In this document: positions 26,010 through 39,412 of the stretch, piece after piece
Layout of the letters: each line of letters opens with the position of its first letter
How positions within the stretch are numbered: position 1 is the stretch's first letter
NCBI GenBank assembly: GCA_013239625.1
Contig: MU053379.1
Coordinates: 1,046,974 to 1,110,973, forward strand
DNA from: Lama guanicoe
Taxonomy: Eukaryota
Length of the DNA stretch: 64,000 bases
Direction of reading: 5' to 3'
Translations under genes and position numbers: made by a program
The notes under the pieces: generated by a model
What the model was told of the DNA's origin: nothing
What the model saw: the letters and a program-made list of their open reading frames with translations, nothing else
Database searches by the model: none

Positions 26010-27259
26010 CGTGGAGCCCCCTCCCCGGACTGCGGCCCCCTCGTCCCGGCTTCTCCCCGCTAGGGGCGGCGGCGGTGGCTCGGTCCCCGGCTCCTGGCGG
26101 CCGGAGCCCACCTTCCCGCCGGGCCTGCCCTCTCCCTCCGCCCCCCGCCGCGGCGCGGCCCGGCCTCTCCCCCGCACGCCCGGCGACTCCCAGCCTCCCG
26201 GCTCCGCTACACCTATGCCTTAAATCGCGGGTGAGACCACGCCGAGGAAAAAGTTTCATAAGGTGGAATAGAAAAGGCACCAGGAAACTTGGGAGTGAGC
26301 ATGCGCCCTGCAACATAACGGTGTCAACAAGCTCGCTACCTGTCCGACCGGTTCCGGCGGCCGGGGCTGCCTGTTCCAGCCCTTCCTTAGGCATGAATGT
26401 TTGCAAAAGAATTTAACGTCTGCTTCTCCCCCCTCCCCTTTTTAAAAAGGGAAGAACGTTTTTCACTCAACCCCCTGCCCCATTCCCCAGCACCGGCACC
26501 TCGGGGCGAACTCTTTGAGGTAAGCCCCACGTCCGCTTCGCAGGGCATCCCTCCCTCCCGAGAGCTGGAGCCCACGCCGAGTTGCCCACCCTCCACCCCC
26601 CGCCCCAAGTGGATTTGTCTCCAACAGGCAAACCAGAAAATGGCTCAGTTCCTCTGGACTCTGTGCATCATTCCCGGGGTTTGTTGAAATCTCGGTGGGC
26701 GGAAATGGGAGGTTGCGGGGAGACCTCCCCCAGGATTCTGATCTGGTAAAGAGGGAACTTGGGGGCTTCAGTTCCCCATCTACAGCAGCCCCTCCAAATA
26801 AATACAGTAAAAATAAATTTTAAATTTCAGCATCTTTCGAGCACGTCATTTTGTGCCATACAGCAGAAGTACATGTCCGCTTGCTTCCACCTCAAGCCCT
26901 TCCACCCCAGGAGCCCCCTCACCCCAAACAAACACAATGGAAACAAAAGCCAAGTGCAGGTTATGCAAACGTAGCTTCGAAAAAAAAAATCCTATCCTCG
27001 CCCACTCCCATTATTGTCTCCCCTAACCGTTTGCTCGCCAAATTCTGAAGCTGGGAAATACTTTCCAGGAAGCCAGTAAAGTGAATATGGGCTACATCTC
27101 CGTACTGCCCCTACTGGGGAGGTAGCTGGAGAGCTTTGTATTTCTTTTTGGTTTGGGTTTTTCCTATCTACCTTTACACGGGGGTGGGGGGTTGGGGGAG
27201 TTGATAAGAGAAAGATGTCAAGTTCCTAAGGGCAGCTGTACCCGCCTTGGAGAGTTGGG

Positions 27260-27700
27260 GGGCCGCGCTGCGGGTTCTACCGCCACCGCTCGGGTGTGCC
27301 CAGGGGCGCACCGCCCTGCCTCCACCGCCGCGGCCGGCAGTCCCTTCCCGGGGGGATCACACCTGTGCCAGCTCAGGGGGCTGCGGGGGCGCGGCTGGCC
27401 AGGGGTGCCCTGGCGCCAGCAGCTCGCCCATCCGCCAGACTCACCTGTCTGCAACCTGACCCGTTGCACGCCCAGCCCACAGGGCGGGAGAATCAACACA
27501 GCGGTTTTCCCCGTCCTCTTCCGCCCTGGAATGGCCCTTGGGGACACAGCAGCCTGGTAACGGATTTCTCGGCTTGGCTGGAATACTCTCCCGGCGCACA
27601 GAGAGGGGGCGCAGCTCTGCCCGGACTGCGGAGGGTACAGACGCGCCCCGCCTGGAGGTCTGCCCTCAGCGGGTCACCCTCTCTGGGCTCAACCCTGTCT
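27260..27700 (-). promoter_or_regulatory. OVOL2: Second CpG-rich patch; candidate alternative upstream OVOL2 first exon with donor after 27445
   Basis: CpG-rich; perfect minus-strand donor CAG|GTGAGT at 27447-27439. Confidence 0.55.
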
Positions 27701-29109
27701 GGACTCCAGATTTCTTCTCAAAACAACCGACTAAAAAGGAAGAAGACTGAGCCGGGGGAGGCGGAGAGGACGAGGAAGACATCTCCATGGCCGCACAAGA
27801 AAACCAGGCTTCTTCTAGCCTATGAGGCTGATGGCGCAGCTTCTGCGAGACTCTGCAAATGTATTTATATCTGCCAACAAACTGGAGATTTGCTGGAAAG
27901 AAGGAGGTTGTTTGAATGAAAGTAAAAATAGCGTAAAACTGTGAAATCACGGAAGTATCCCCCAATCTCACAAAAGTCTTCAAAACTTCACTTCATTCGA
28001 AATTTCTTATTTTACAAAAAAGACCCCATTAACAGGGCTTTTTTTCCCCCTCCTTTTACTGGATTTCAAATCACTGAGTGCCTGAACCACGTTGTCCATT
28101 ATTTGAAAATATTACAGAATGATAGGATCTGAGGCTAGAAGCTTCAAAATGCAATGCAACATTCAGGGGATTGGGGGAAAAAATAACTGGTATAATTACA
28201 CTTTTATTCAAAGGATTGTTGGATGCATGCCTGTTCTGATATTTGTGGGTGTTTCCTTGGAAGAAAAGAATTCTAATGTGTTACCTTTGTGTGTGTGTGT
28301 GATCAGACTTGAAATGGGTTTATCCACAATGTTATTAACATTTTCAAAGAACCTATTTTGCCCTTGATGACTTTTCTCTATTGTAAGTTCAGTTTTCTAA
28401 GTATCATGAGAGCTATTGATAGAGCATTGCCTAAAAGTAGGATGACATAAAAAAAAAAAAACAAGAAATGAACCCAATCCTTTAAAAATCTCAAAGCTTG
28501 GAGTTGGAAGAGACAGAAATCTATAGTCCACAGCTCAGCCAATATTGCACGGAGGAGGTGGCCCCACAATGTCCTTGGTAGGTGTGGAGTCAGCCCTGGT
28601 TGAATACCTCCCATGCTGGAGAGCACATTTTTCAAAAAAGTAGCTTATTCTCTGGTTAGACAACAAAGACGTTAGAGAGCTTTTCTTTCTGCTTCAAGAA
28701 AATCTGTGTCCCTGCATTTGCATCTCTCCTCCCCATTCTGCCCTCAGGGGCTGCTTCACCCCTCCCCCAGTAGTTCTTCAACCTTGTGGAAGTACCATCA
28801 GAGTTCTCACTTAAGACTTCTTTTCTCCGGTAATGTATGGTCAGGTTGAAGTCGACAGGTACAAACCTGCTCAGTGGCATCCTTAGAGCATATAGTTATA
28901 AGGAGAGGTTAGGATGTTAGGGAAATATGCCTTTAAATTTTTTTAACTTTATATTGATATATAATCTGGTGTTAGAAAAAAAATACACACATCATAAGTG
29001 CACAGCTTGATATTCACAAACTGAATTCACTTTAGAACTAGCACCCCAGAACAAGACAAAGCTGCCTGCCCTCCCCATTCCATTCAACATTAGATCAGCT
29101 TGCTCACAG

Positions 29110-32100
29110 GTTTGATAAGGCAAAAAAGAAGAAATAAAGGTATAAATAACAAACCATCATTATTTGTAGTCAGTATGATTGCCTATGTGGAAAACTCAAA
29201 AGACTCCTCAGATAAATTATTAAAAATAATGAGAGTTTAGCAAGGTTGTCGTATAGGAAAATCTGTGTGTGTGTGAGAGAGTGGGTATTTGTTGTATCAG
29301 CTGCATTTCCATACAGTAACAGTCAGAAAAATTAAAAGTCTAATGAAAAAAATTGCCTACAACAGCAACCAAAATATAAAGTCCCCTGAAATAATTTTTT
29401 AAATATTGTGCAAGTTCCCTGTGGATAAAATTTGAAAACTTTTTATTCGAAGATGTTAAAGAAGATACTAATCAATGGAAAAATGTATCATACTAGTGGA
29501 GTGGATGACTCTGAGTCAAAAAGAAGTCAAAAATCCCCAAATTCATCTGTAGATTTAATACAATTCTTAAAAATACTTGAGAAAAAGTTTTTTTGTGTGG
29601 GCTCTGACTAAATTGTTCTAAAGTTTATATGAAAGAATAACCAACACACTCCTGAAGGAAAAAAAAGGATGTAGACTCAATCTATGAGACATCACTAGTA
29701 ATTAAAATAGTGTGTGTTGGTGCACAGGTAGACACTGGTGCACAGGTAAGCCATCAGTGCAGAACAGAGAGCCCAGAAACAGACCCACACACATGTGAGT
29801 GTTTGATTCATGAGAGAAGGCATTGCAGAACAGCGGGGAAAGATGTGTTTGTTATTCAATATGTGGAGGTGGAACAATTGGTTATTCTTTGGGGAAAAAT
29901 AAATTGAATCATGCACACACAATTTCTGGTGGATTAAACATCAAAATGTGCATGTATACATAGATAGATAAATAATGTAGAATAATCTTATAATCACAGG
30001 ACAGAGAAGGATTTTTTAAGAAACAAAACAAAAACCGTAAAAGAAATATTTGGTAAGTCTGCAGAAAAATTTTTAATGTATCAAAACACACAACCGAGAA
30101 AATGATAAGCTAAACAACAGTGAACATTTTGCAACACGTTTATCTTACAAATGGTTAGAATCCAGAACATACAGAGAACTCTTATGAATGAATAAGAAAG
30201 AGAAAAACTTAATAGAAAAATAGCAAGACACGAACAGGCATCTTCCAGAAGAGAAAACATGAATGGCCCATCAACATATAAAAAGATAATCAATCTCATT
30301 AGTAAATAGGAAAATGCAAATTAAAATGACAATGAAATACTATTTCACATTTACCAGACTGGCACAACGTAAAAGTTTGACAATACTCAGTGTTGATGAG
30401 ACTATTGAAACATTGCTAATAGCTGTGTAAATTGATTCAAATATTTTGGAAGAGTTTGACTTTATCTAGTGGACATACACATATTAAATGACCCAGAAGT
30501 TCCACTTTAAGTTTTGTATTCTATAAAAAATGTTGCACTTTTGCACCAAGAGTCACAGACAAGAATATTCATGGTATTGTCATTTGTCACAAAGAAATAA
30601 AAATATCAACAAAACCTGAATGACCATCAGTGACTGACTGGATTAATATTCTGTGATAAATCTGTACAGTGAAAATGAATGGCCCACAGCCACACACATT
30701 AACAAAAGTAAATCTCAAAAACATATTGCTGAATGAAAAAAGCAAGTTATAGAAGAATTGTACTATAAGATTAAAATGATTTTAAAAAACAGATCAAAGC
30801 AAGCAGTGTCTGGTTTAGGAATACAGACACCTGTTAAAACTAGTAGGAAGCAAGCAACAGCTTGGAGGGATCTCCAGAATGTGCTGAGTTTAAAAAAGCA
30901 ATCCCTCCCCACCCCGAACATAAATAAATAAAGTGAAAAATAAATAAACAAGCAATCTCAAATTATCTCCCCCTCCCAACCCCCCCAAAATAATAAAATT
31001 TTTAAAAAATTAAAAAGTAATCCTAATGGTTACACATTGTATGACTCCATTTACATAACATTCTTTTTATTGTTTACTTTTTATCTTTTTATTTTTATTT
31101 TTTAATTTTATTTTTATTTATAGCAAAGAATACATAAGAAGGTAAACTTTCAGTTGTTCTAATAGACTTACTGAAAAGACAGGCCCTGCCTGTGACACTG
31201 TAACCCTTGGCAGTTTCTTAGAGTCAAGCACGTCTCTTCTGGCTTTGTTTGTTTAGTTTATAAAGTAAATATGCTCAGAATGACGCCTATAATATTTGAG
31301 TTTCTTGCATTATCTTTTAATATCCTACAAAGGAAAATGAGGATTTAGGGCAATCCCTCTTCATTCTCTGATCCTTCTGAAATTAGTTATTTTCTTTAAA
31401 AAAAAATGTTTTTTCTATCTTTTTATTACTTTTATATTTTGTATTGGTTTGCTAGGTTTGAAATGACAAAATCATAGAAATAGAGAAAAGATTAGCGGTT
31501 GTCAAGAGTTAAAGGTTTGGGGGGGGTGGGTATAGCTCAGTGGTAGAGCGCATGATTAGCGTGCATGAAGTCTTGGTTTCAATCCCCGGTACCTTCATTA
31601 AAATAAGTAAATAAATTACCTCCCCTCAAAACAAAACAAAAGCAAAAATAAATAAAATACATATCCTTTTTAAAGTTAAGGATTTGTAAAAGAGCAATGC
31701 AAGGGAGCCTTGTGGATGGACCTGTTCAGTGTCTGCTGTAGCCGATACACAAATCTACACGTGACACAATTGTACGGAATTCACACACACGTGCACACCC
31801 ACTCACGTGTCCATGAACACAAATGAAACTGGGTAGATCTGAGTAAGACCTGTCAGTTGTCTCCATGTTAAAATCCTGCTGGTAATACCATTCTCCAGCT
31901 CTGTAAAATTGACTGTTGGGGGAAACTGGACAAAGGGCACACAACTGCATGTGAACCCATGTTATCTGAAAAGAAAAAGTCTAGTTAAAAAAAAAATTGA
32001 AGGTTACTAAGAGAGTTGATCTTAAAAGTTTTCATCACATGAAAAAGAATTGTAAGTACATATAGTGATGGATGTTAACGAAGTTATTGTGGTAATCATC

Positions 32101-32410
32101 ATTTTGCAATACATCATATACGAAATCATTATCTTGTACACCTAAAATTGATACGTTATATGTAATTATATCTCAATTTAAAAAAAAAACACTAGGCAAA
32201 GCAAGAAAATGATTGATACAGAATTCAGAATAATGCTGCCCACTTGGATAGAGGAATGGGTGTAAAATTAGGGAGGGAAAAAGGAGGAGAGGTCTAAAGT
32301 TCTGGTAAGACTGGTAATTTCTCAACCGGGAAAGTGAGAATAATTGTTGTTCCCATTTAACCATGTATGCATTTTGTATACACTCTTGTCTGTGTTACAT
32401 ATTTGACAAT
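29110..32410 (+). mobile_element. Cluster of old LINE-1 (L1M-type) fragments
   Basis: A-rich plus strand with degenerate ORF2 and 3' UTR motifs, e.g. AGAATCCAGAACATACAGAGAACTC and GGAAAATGCAAATTAAAATGACAATGAAATACTATTTCAC. Confidence 0.7.
31519..31660 (+). mobile_element. tRNA-Ala-derived SINE inserted in an old L1
   Basis: GGGTATAGCTCAGTGGTAGAGCGCATGATTAGCGTGCATGAAG head, A-rich tail, degenerate TSD. Confidence 0.8.
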
Positions 32411-33179
32411 ACTTTTAAAAACAGAAAACCAAACCAGCCGATGTAGTGGGTGTGCACCCTGCCTGAGGAAACACAGTGACTTTGCACACTTTTACTTTTG
32501 GGTAATTTCCCCTTAGGAGTCTCACCTCTGCGTAAGGGAACCAGAAAATTGCTTTCCAAGACTCCTTTGCTGCCGAGGGCAAGCATGTGACACGGGACCT
32601 ACGACTGGGATTTACCCACACACTACGTTTCGCGAGGAGTGGAGGTCTGGGTCCTGGAAATGGGTTTCTGTGCTCTGCGGGGATGGCAGGTGCTGAGGTG
32701 CCCGGGCACAGAGACAGGGGCGACAGAACCTCTGCTGGAGAAGCCTGGAACTGCAATTCGAGCCTCGTTTCAGGGGACTCCCTTCTGAGACTGAGGCTAT
32801 GGTCTCCTAGAGATTTCATGGGCTGCTTAACATCCTTTAATAAATTCCTTTTCTGATTAAACAGGCCAGAGTGGAGTCTGCTGCCACATCTGGGCCATCT
32901 ATTCTGCAACTGGCGTTGTCTCCAGGGACTCGTTAGGTTGTCTTCCAATCAAGGACAAGATTATGGTGTCTCATTGTCCTCATGCTATTGTAACTCAGAA
33001 TGAAAACAACATTAACCACGAAAGAGGTACACTTACTTTAAACTCTTCTTTCTAGAATAAGGTTAAATTCATCAAGGCAAAATCTCTCTCTCTCCTCTTA
33101 TCCCCTCTTATGGCTCTCGCTTTTTGATGCCCTAAATTGATAACTAACCTGCCTCAAGTCCTGCACCGTCAAAAACGAG

Positions 33180-33505
33180 GACCACCAGTTGGTCATATGT
33201 GGCTACTTAACACCTGAAAGGTGGCTAGTCCAAGCTGAGATGGCCTATAAGTGTAAAACACACACCGGATTTTGAAGACTCACTACAAGGAAATAAAAAG
33301 TCCGCAAAATATTTCATTTATAGTTAATTAATACTGATTTCCATGTTGAGATGATAATATTTTGGATACATTGGGTTAAATAAAATGTATTATGAAAATA
33401 GATTTCAGCGTTTGGGTTTTGTTTTTTACTTTCTAATGTGGCTACTAGAAAATTTAACATTACATCTGCGGTTTAAGTTGTAATTCTGCCTGACGGTGCT
33501 GGTCT
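33180..33505 (-). mobile_element. hAT-Charlie MITE (MER33-like)
   Basis: ATGTGGCTACTTAACACCTGAAAGGTGGCTAGTCC...CCGGATTTTGAAGACT...GTGGCTACTAGAAAATTTAA. Confidence 0.7.
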
Positions 33506-35554
33506 AGACTGTTAATGGCAGGCATGAGGGGCCTGTATGGTTCTGGAAGACTGTCCCTTGGCATCGCCACATTTTCCTGGTCAGCATTATGATTTGGTGA
33601 TATGATTTGGTGAAAATGAGGTCTCATTGAGAGGCCAAGGACTTGACTTTGAAGGATGGCTCTGCCAGTTAATTGCTCCAGGCACCTGGCAAAATCATTT
33701 AAATCCTCGGAGCCTCAGTGTCTTCATCCCTAAAATGGGACAATAATATGTCTCTCACCTACTTCACAGAGTTACGGTGAGAATAAATTGAGATCATGTT
33801 TGTGAACATGCGTGTAGGAAGCATTTTCCTATTGTAATCGGGTGCCTCCTCTAATCTAGACACTGGGTGACATGCAGTAGCCACATTGTTTCACTGAGCA
33901 ACCCTCTGTGGGAGAGAAATAGTCTTTTTATACCCATTTCACAAGTGAGAAAATAAAGGCTGAGTAACGTCAAGGACCCCTACTCCTGAGCCCCTTGTTA
34001 GGAATGCACCAGATGCCGAGAACGTCCGTCCTGCACTCAGCGGAGGCCAGCAGTGTGTCCAGCAGGGCCCTCAGCCACGTGGGGACTCCTTCGCCTGAGG
34101 GCTCCTCAGGGTGTAAACACACTCAGAATCTTCCAAGAACAAGATCTCAGTGTCTCTTCCACAGTAATGAGCTCTCCCTGTTCCGGGCGCACCTGCATCT
34201 GGGGAAGGGCAGAGTCTACCTGTTAAGGCCACCTGGTGTTTTCACCTGCCCTCCGGCCTCCAATCCCCCATCTTCCAGTAACTGAACATGCAGTTCTGGA
34301 CAGGCTGACCCCACCCTTCCTGGGAGAGGTGGGCATTTATCCTGGCTAATTAGAACCTTCAACTTGGCCACACTGATTGCTTCAAGGGCAGAGATCCAAA
34401 CTGCACCAGCGCTGGGGAGGAGCTGTTCCCGAGGTGGAGAGAGGATATGACACCAGCCCGGGGCAGACAACCACCTTTGCCACCAGCAGCTGCCCGAGAA
34501 TGTTGCCAACACAGAGGAAAGCAAGCCAAGAGATGGAGAGAGCAAGCCTGAGTCCTCATGGCAGTGCTGGATCCAGCCCTGGAACTGTTGAATACATTCT
34601 TCTCTCACTCTCTTGCTCAAGCCAGTGGGCATTATGCTTTCACACTTGCTACCAAGAGTTTCAACTAAATACCTAAAAAAATGACACTTGCTCACTTTTC
34701 TGTTCTCCCGTGACTCATGGAGAAGACAGTGAAACACAATCTGGGTCTCCGAAGGCCAGCAGACCGGTTACTTATTAGCTTCCTCCTATGAGATAAAGGG
34801 CATGGTTCTGCAAATTAAGGACATGCAGGTGAAACAACAAACCTCCATCACTTTGGGCACCATAAAAATAGAAATATAAATAGACAGATAGCTTGGGAGT
34901 GAGTTAATTACCGTGGTGAGTTACTAATTCAGTTTTCTTACGATGCTTATACGTGTGTATGAGCCCAGATCCAGAAACTCAGGTATGTGGACAACATCAC
35001 ATGATTTTATTTTCTTTAATCTGACTCCAAGGTTCCATCCCAATGTGGTGGGTTTGCCATGAAGCCACTTTTTTCACCTTCCCCTCAAGATCCTGCCGCC
35101 AGTGAGGGGCATGAGGGTCCTCACTGCTTCTGGATCTTGGGCCTCTGTCTCCCTCCGCAGCTTGAACAACCTCCCTGCTCTCCCTCCATCCACACCTCCC
35201 TCTCCCCGACTCATGAGTTTGGGCTTTCAATAAAGACTGCAGGAGAGACGCCCTCAAAAGACTGGGCTTTTTCAACCCAGACTTCCCCAAAGACTAGAAG
35301 GCATGAAGGAACGTCTACCTGATTGGTACTGATGGAGGAAAACTGACTGCTTGAATATAGGACAAATTAGTATCAATAATTTTCCTACCACAAGGCTTCC
35401 CAACACTAAAGTCACCATTGTTGCCCGTCAACAGCACAAGGCTCTGCGGCCGTTTGAGATATGTTTACTGGTCTCTGGGAACCATTAACGTGGAAACCCC
35501 AGGTGAGAAAGTTAGTCCCCTTTTAATTCTCTCTGACATTTCAGTGTCCTCTCC

Positions 35555-35985
35555 TGGGATGAAGAATGCCCCTTCCCCCAAAGATATTCATGCCCTAATC
35601 TCTAGAAACCAGGATGTGGTATTATTTGGAAAAAGGGCCTTTGCAGACATGATTGAATTAAGGATCTTGAGATGAGGAGTTATCCTGGATTCTCTGGGGG
35701 AAAAGGGGGGTTTGTGTCATGAAAAGTGTTGCTTCAGGAGAGAGCCTGGGGCGAGGAGGGGAGTCACACAGACAGAAGCGGAGGAGCCATGCAGGTGCAG
35801 ACGCAGAGACGGCAGTGGTGGGGCCACAAGCTAGGGAATGCCGGCAGCGCCCAGACCTGCGAGCGGCAGGAACAGCACCCCTGGAGTCTCCAGCGGGAGG
35901 GTGGCCCTGCCGACACCTTGGTGTCAGCCCAGGGATACTGATTTCTGATTTCGGGCCTCTGTAACTGTGAAAGAATACATTAAAA
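35555..35985 (+). mobile_element. MaLR LTR (MLT1-like)
   Basis: CCCCCAAAGATATTCATGCCCTAATC, GGGCCTTTGCAGACATGATT and GCCCTGCCGACACCTTG motifs. Confidence 0.7.
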
Positions 35986-36994
35986 TGAAGGATCTTTTTG
36001 ACAGTGGGGACACATTCGAGAGTCCCCCTGCCTTCAGTGCTCTTCTTGTCCAGTGTCCTGTGCTGGACATTTCACAGTCCTGCATCACAGTCACTCCCTC
36101 CCCAATACCCGTGATGCTTTGGTCCTCTCTCCCTTTTTCCTACTCATCTGAAAAACCCCACCCTGAAGGGCCTGTGTGATCCACCTTCTCTGGGCCTGCG
36201 GCTGAGCTGGCGAGCACCGCTGAAGAAAAATGACGAGCGAGGGCTGGCTGATCTCACAAACCCCAAGCCCATGCTTTCAACACAATTCCACAGCCCAACT
36301 CTTGCTTCTCTGAGAATGCACCGCTGGGGCATAAGATGTGCCGAGTGAGTCTACGGAAATAAATTTCTACCTTTATTTAATTTAAATTAAGTGAAACATA
36401 AATTGTCTTATTGGCTAGTGGCTACCGTATGGGGCAGCACAGATTGTGGAGCGTCTTCCTGATTTCAGAAAGTTCAATTAGGCTGGTCTAGAAAGTTGGC
36501 TGTCTGTTTCCCAAGATGACTAGTTCATATGTTGTCCCCTTGCCTCAAACCTCCTCCATCACTTTATCCACTCTGCTTTTATTCTTCCTTGAGAATACAG
36601 AATATGGAAGCTTCCAGGTAAACTCTTCATTCTTTACGGAGGACATAGAAGCTCCCTGGCACAAGCTGCTCAACGTCCCACCTCTAATCTGCTAAACCTA
36701 CACACACTTGCTACCGTGGGATGCATGTCCAGAGAAGCAGGCTCTAACCAGAGGCCAAAGCCCTCTTGATGCTCCAAATCCAGGCTTTTTTGCATAACCA
36801 AGGGCTCTGCCTCTTCATGTGTCCCCTTCCCCTCTGCACCTCTGCACTGTCCATCTCTGTCCCTCTACGAATCACTCCCATCAGCAAATAAACATGCTGT
36901 CATTTTGTCTCTAAAAACCCTTCCTTTCTTCCCCCTGCCCTCCAGTTTTCTGATGCCCATTCACAGCCATGCATATCAAAAGTCTTATTTCTGC

Positions 36995-37174
36995 CAGTGG
37001 TTCTCAAAGTGTGGTCCTCAGGCTAGCAGCATCAGCAACAGCCCGAATTTGTTAGAAATGCGAATTTCCAGGCACTATCCTAGACCCACTGAGTCAGAAA
37101 CTCTGGGCCCAGGAATTTGGGTTTTACAAGCTCTCCAGGTGATTCTGATAATCATTTGAGTTTGAGAACCACAG
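36995..37174. mobile_element. hAT-Charlie MITE (MER5A-like)
   Basis: Terminal inverted repeats CAGTGGTTCTCAAA ... TTTGAGAACCACAG, 180 bp, internal GTTAGAAATGC motif. Confidence 0.8.
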
Positions 37175-37699
37175 CATGTGCTCTACGATGTGTATCTACA
37201 CTTCTCCACTTTCTGTTCACTCTTCCTCCCTCCAGCCTGGCTTTTGTTCTCGGTTCTTCCTTGGAGCCTGGTACTGGCTCCTTTCCTCTTCCCTACCTGC
37301 ACTGGTGCCCAAGGAGGCCTACACCAATTTCTTATTGTTAAATTTCATGCCCTTCAAAGTCATAGGTGCAGCCCACACCTTCCTTAGAGTTCCGGATTCC
37401 CCTGGATCCTGTTGTTAATTTTGCATCTCCACATGAACGTCTCCTAAACATCCCTGAGAAGTCTGAAAAAGTCTTGAAGTTTTCCTCTAAATCTCTCCTT
37501 CCCCGAATCCCTGCCCCAGGCTTCCCCACGTGAATCAATGGCACTCACTCAGCAGCCCTAGAAGAAAACCTGAGTTATCCTTGATTTTTCCTTTCTCTCA
37601 ACCCCCCACTCCAGAGCGTAATTCCTCTTTGCAGTGAAATATAATGACAGGTCCCAGGGACTAGGGCGTGGACATCTTTGGAGAGGGTATTATTCTGCT

Positions 37700-38600
37700 A
37701 CTGCACCAGCCTCAAGGAGCCTGACCCTCCATCCTCCAGTGTGGGTTGCACAGTGACTTGCTTCCCAACAAGCCAGTTTAGAAAGGAAAACAAAAGAGTA
37801 ACTTTAGTGGAGAAACCTGAGAAGCACTATCTCAGCCAGGTGATCAAGAGCAACCTCAACCGTGATAAGTCAGGCGGAAAGTATGACCCGTCAGGTGGAT
37901 AAGCTGCACTCTCGATGTGATGTGATGAGAATGACACTTTACCTCCCCAGAAACACAGAGCCGCAGCCCAATCCTGAGAAGAACCCACATAATTTCCAGT
38001 CGAGGACCATTCTGAAAAATACTTGCTCGTAATCCCCAAAACTGAGGCTGCCGAGGGGAGGGTAGAGCTCAGTGGTAGAGCGTGTGCTTAGCGTGCACGA
38101 GGTCCTGGGTTCAATCCCTAGGACGTCCATTAAAATATAGATCTATAATGTATAATATAAACCTAATTATCTCCCCCCGGAAAACAAACAGAAGAAATAA
38201 AGTCAGATGCAAGCCCCCCATAAAAGCCATGATGTGTAATGATATGTAAAAGCCGTGTAGTCCTGAGACTGTCACCAAAAACAAGGACCGTCTGAGAAAC
38301 CGTCACAGCCAAGAGGGGCTTAAGGAGACCTGATGGCTAAATGTAACGGGGTGTCCTAGGCAGGATCCTGGAACAGAAAGGGAACGTTACGTCCAAACTA
38401 AGGAAATCTGAATAAAGCACTAACCTCAGTTAGCAATAATGTATCAGCATTGGTTAATTAATTATAACAAGTGTGTCACAGATATAAGACGTTAATAATA
38501 AGGAAAACTGGGTGTGGGGTAAATGGGAAGCCTCTGTACTATCTCTGTAATTTTTCTATAAATCCAAAACTGCTCTAAAGAATAAAGATTATTTTAAAAA
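37700..38600 (+). mobile_element. Old L1 (L1MC/MD-like) 3' end
   Basis: CAGCCAGGTGATCAAG, GGATCCTGGAACAGAAA and CTCTGTACTATCTCTGTAATTTTTCTATAAATCCAAAAC motifs. Confidence 0.65.
38055..38180 (+). mobile_element. tRNA-Ala-derived SINE inserted in an old L1 3' end
   Basis: GGGGAGGGTAGAGCTCAGTGGTAGAGCGTGTGCTTAGCGTGCACGAGGTCCTGGGTTCAATCCC head and AAACCTAATTAT tail. Confidence 0.85.
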
Positions 38601-39259
38601 GATTATTTTAAAAAATAAGAATTGAAACTTAAGCCCCTGCTTTAAAGACAAGTACTCTATTTCTAACTCAAGTACAAACTCCTCACAAAAAGACACATCT
38701 GAAATAAAAATTTTTTTAAGTTTAAATACTTAAAAACATTTTTAAACGTCTAAATACTTTGAAAAATGACTTAGGCCAAATAATTTACCAGTGAAATCCT
38801 TCAAGTGTCTAAATTATAAAGATCAGCGAATTCCCAGGTTATACAAATTACTGTATGAAAAAATAAAGGAAAGCAAAGAAAAAAGAAAAGCTTTTTTTTC
38901 CTGAAGCCCCCCAAAGAAAAACAACGGAAGATCCAGACACCACAAAGTAATGCAGTGTGCAGAGAGGAATGGAGGCGGACTGGCCCCTGCTTCCCCAGGA
39001 GTGAAACCCCCCTGGGCCGCCTGGTCCTGGAGGGGCCGGGCACCCCCAGCCGAGGGGGTTCACTAGGGGAAGGCGGGATGGCCGGTGTGTTCAGCTGGGC
39101 TCCCCCTCGAGGCACTCCAAACCCAGAATAGAACCAGCTGCCAGCAGCTCCCTTGAACACTGCAGTCTTAGCTCGGGTGGTATTCAAAGGCAGCCAAGCT
39201 CTGCTTTTCTTGCAGGAATATCTGAGCCCCAAGCAGACAGATGCAGATTTATATGAAAG

Positions 39260-39412
39260 CGGAGTCCATGGCTCAGTGGTAGGGCAAATGCTCAGAGTGC
39301 AAGAGGTCCTGGGTTCAACCCCCAGTACCTCCACTAATAGAAAAACAGAATAAAAAGGGGAGAGAATAAAGAAATAAACCTAATTACCACCCCCCCACCG
39401 AAAAAAAAAAAA
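39260..39412 (+). mobile_element. tRNA-Ala-derived SINE
   Basis: GCTCAGTGGTAGGGCAAATGCTCAGAGTGCAAGAGGTCCTGGGTTCAACCCCCAGTACCTCC head, AAACCTAATTACC tail, poly(A). Confidence 0.8.

Larger units (their letters stand above)
24560..26380. promoter_or_regulatory. OVOL2: OVOL2 CpG island / proximal promoter spanning exons 1-2
   Basis: Very GC-rich and CpG-dense relative to flanks; OVOL-type CCGTTA (26316-26321, minus) and GRHL-like GACCGGTT (26346-26353) upstream of the ATG. Confidence 0.85.

Noticed and set aside
24541..26416. Long ORFs of 150-330 aa on both strands over the OVOL2 CpG island
   Set aside because: Stop-codon scarcity in very GC-rich DNA; low-complexity Pro/Arg/Gly/Ala translations; only the exon 1 and exon 2 segments match OVOL2.
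33588..33613. Short local tandem duplications (TATGATTTGGTGA x2; similar at ~7105, ~38584, ~42787)
   Set aside because: Ordinary replication-slippage microduplications.
38620..39255. UTR-like unique segment, possible processed pseudogene
   Set aside because: No parent gene, poly(A) tail or TSD could be recognised; needs BLAST.
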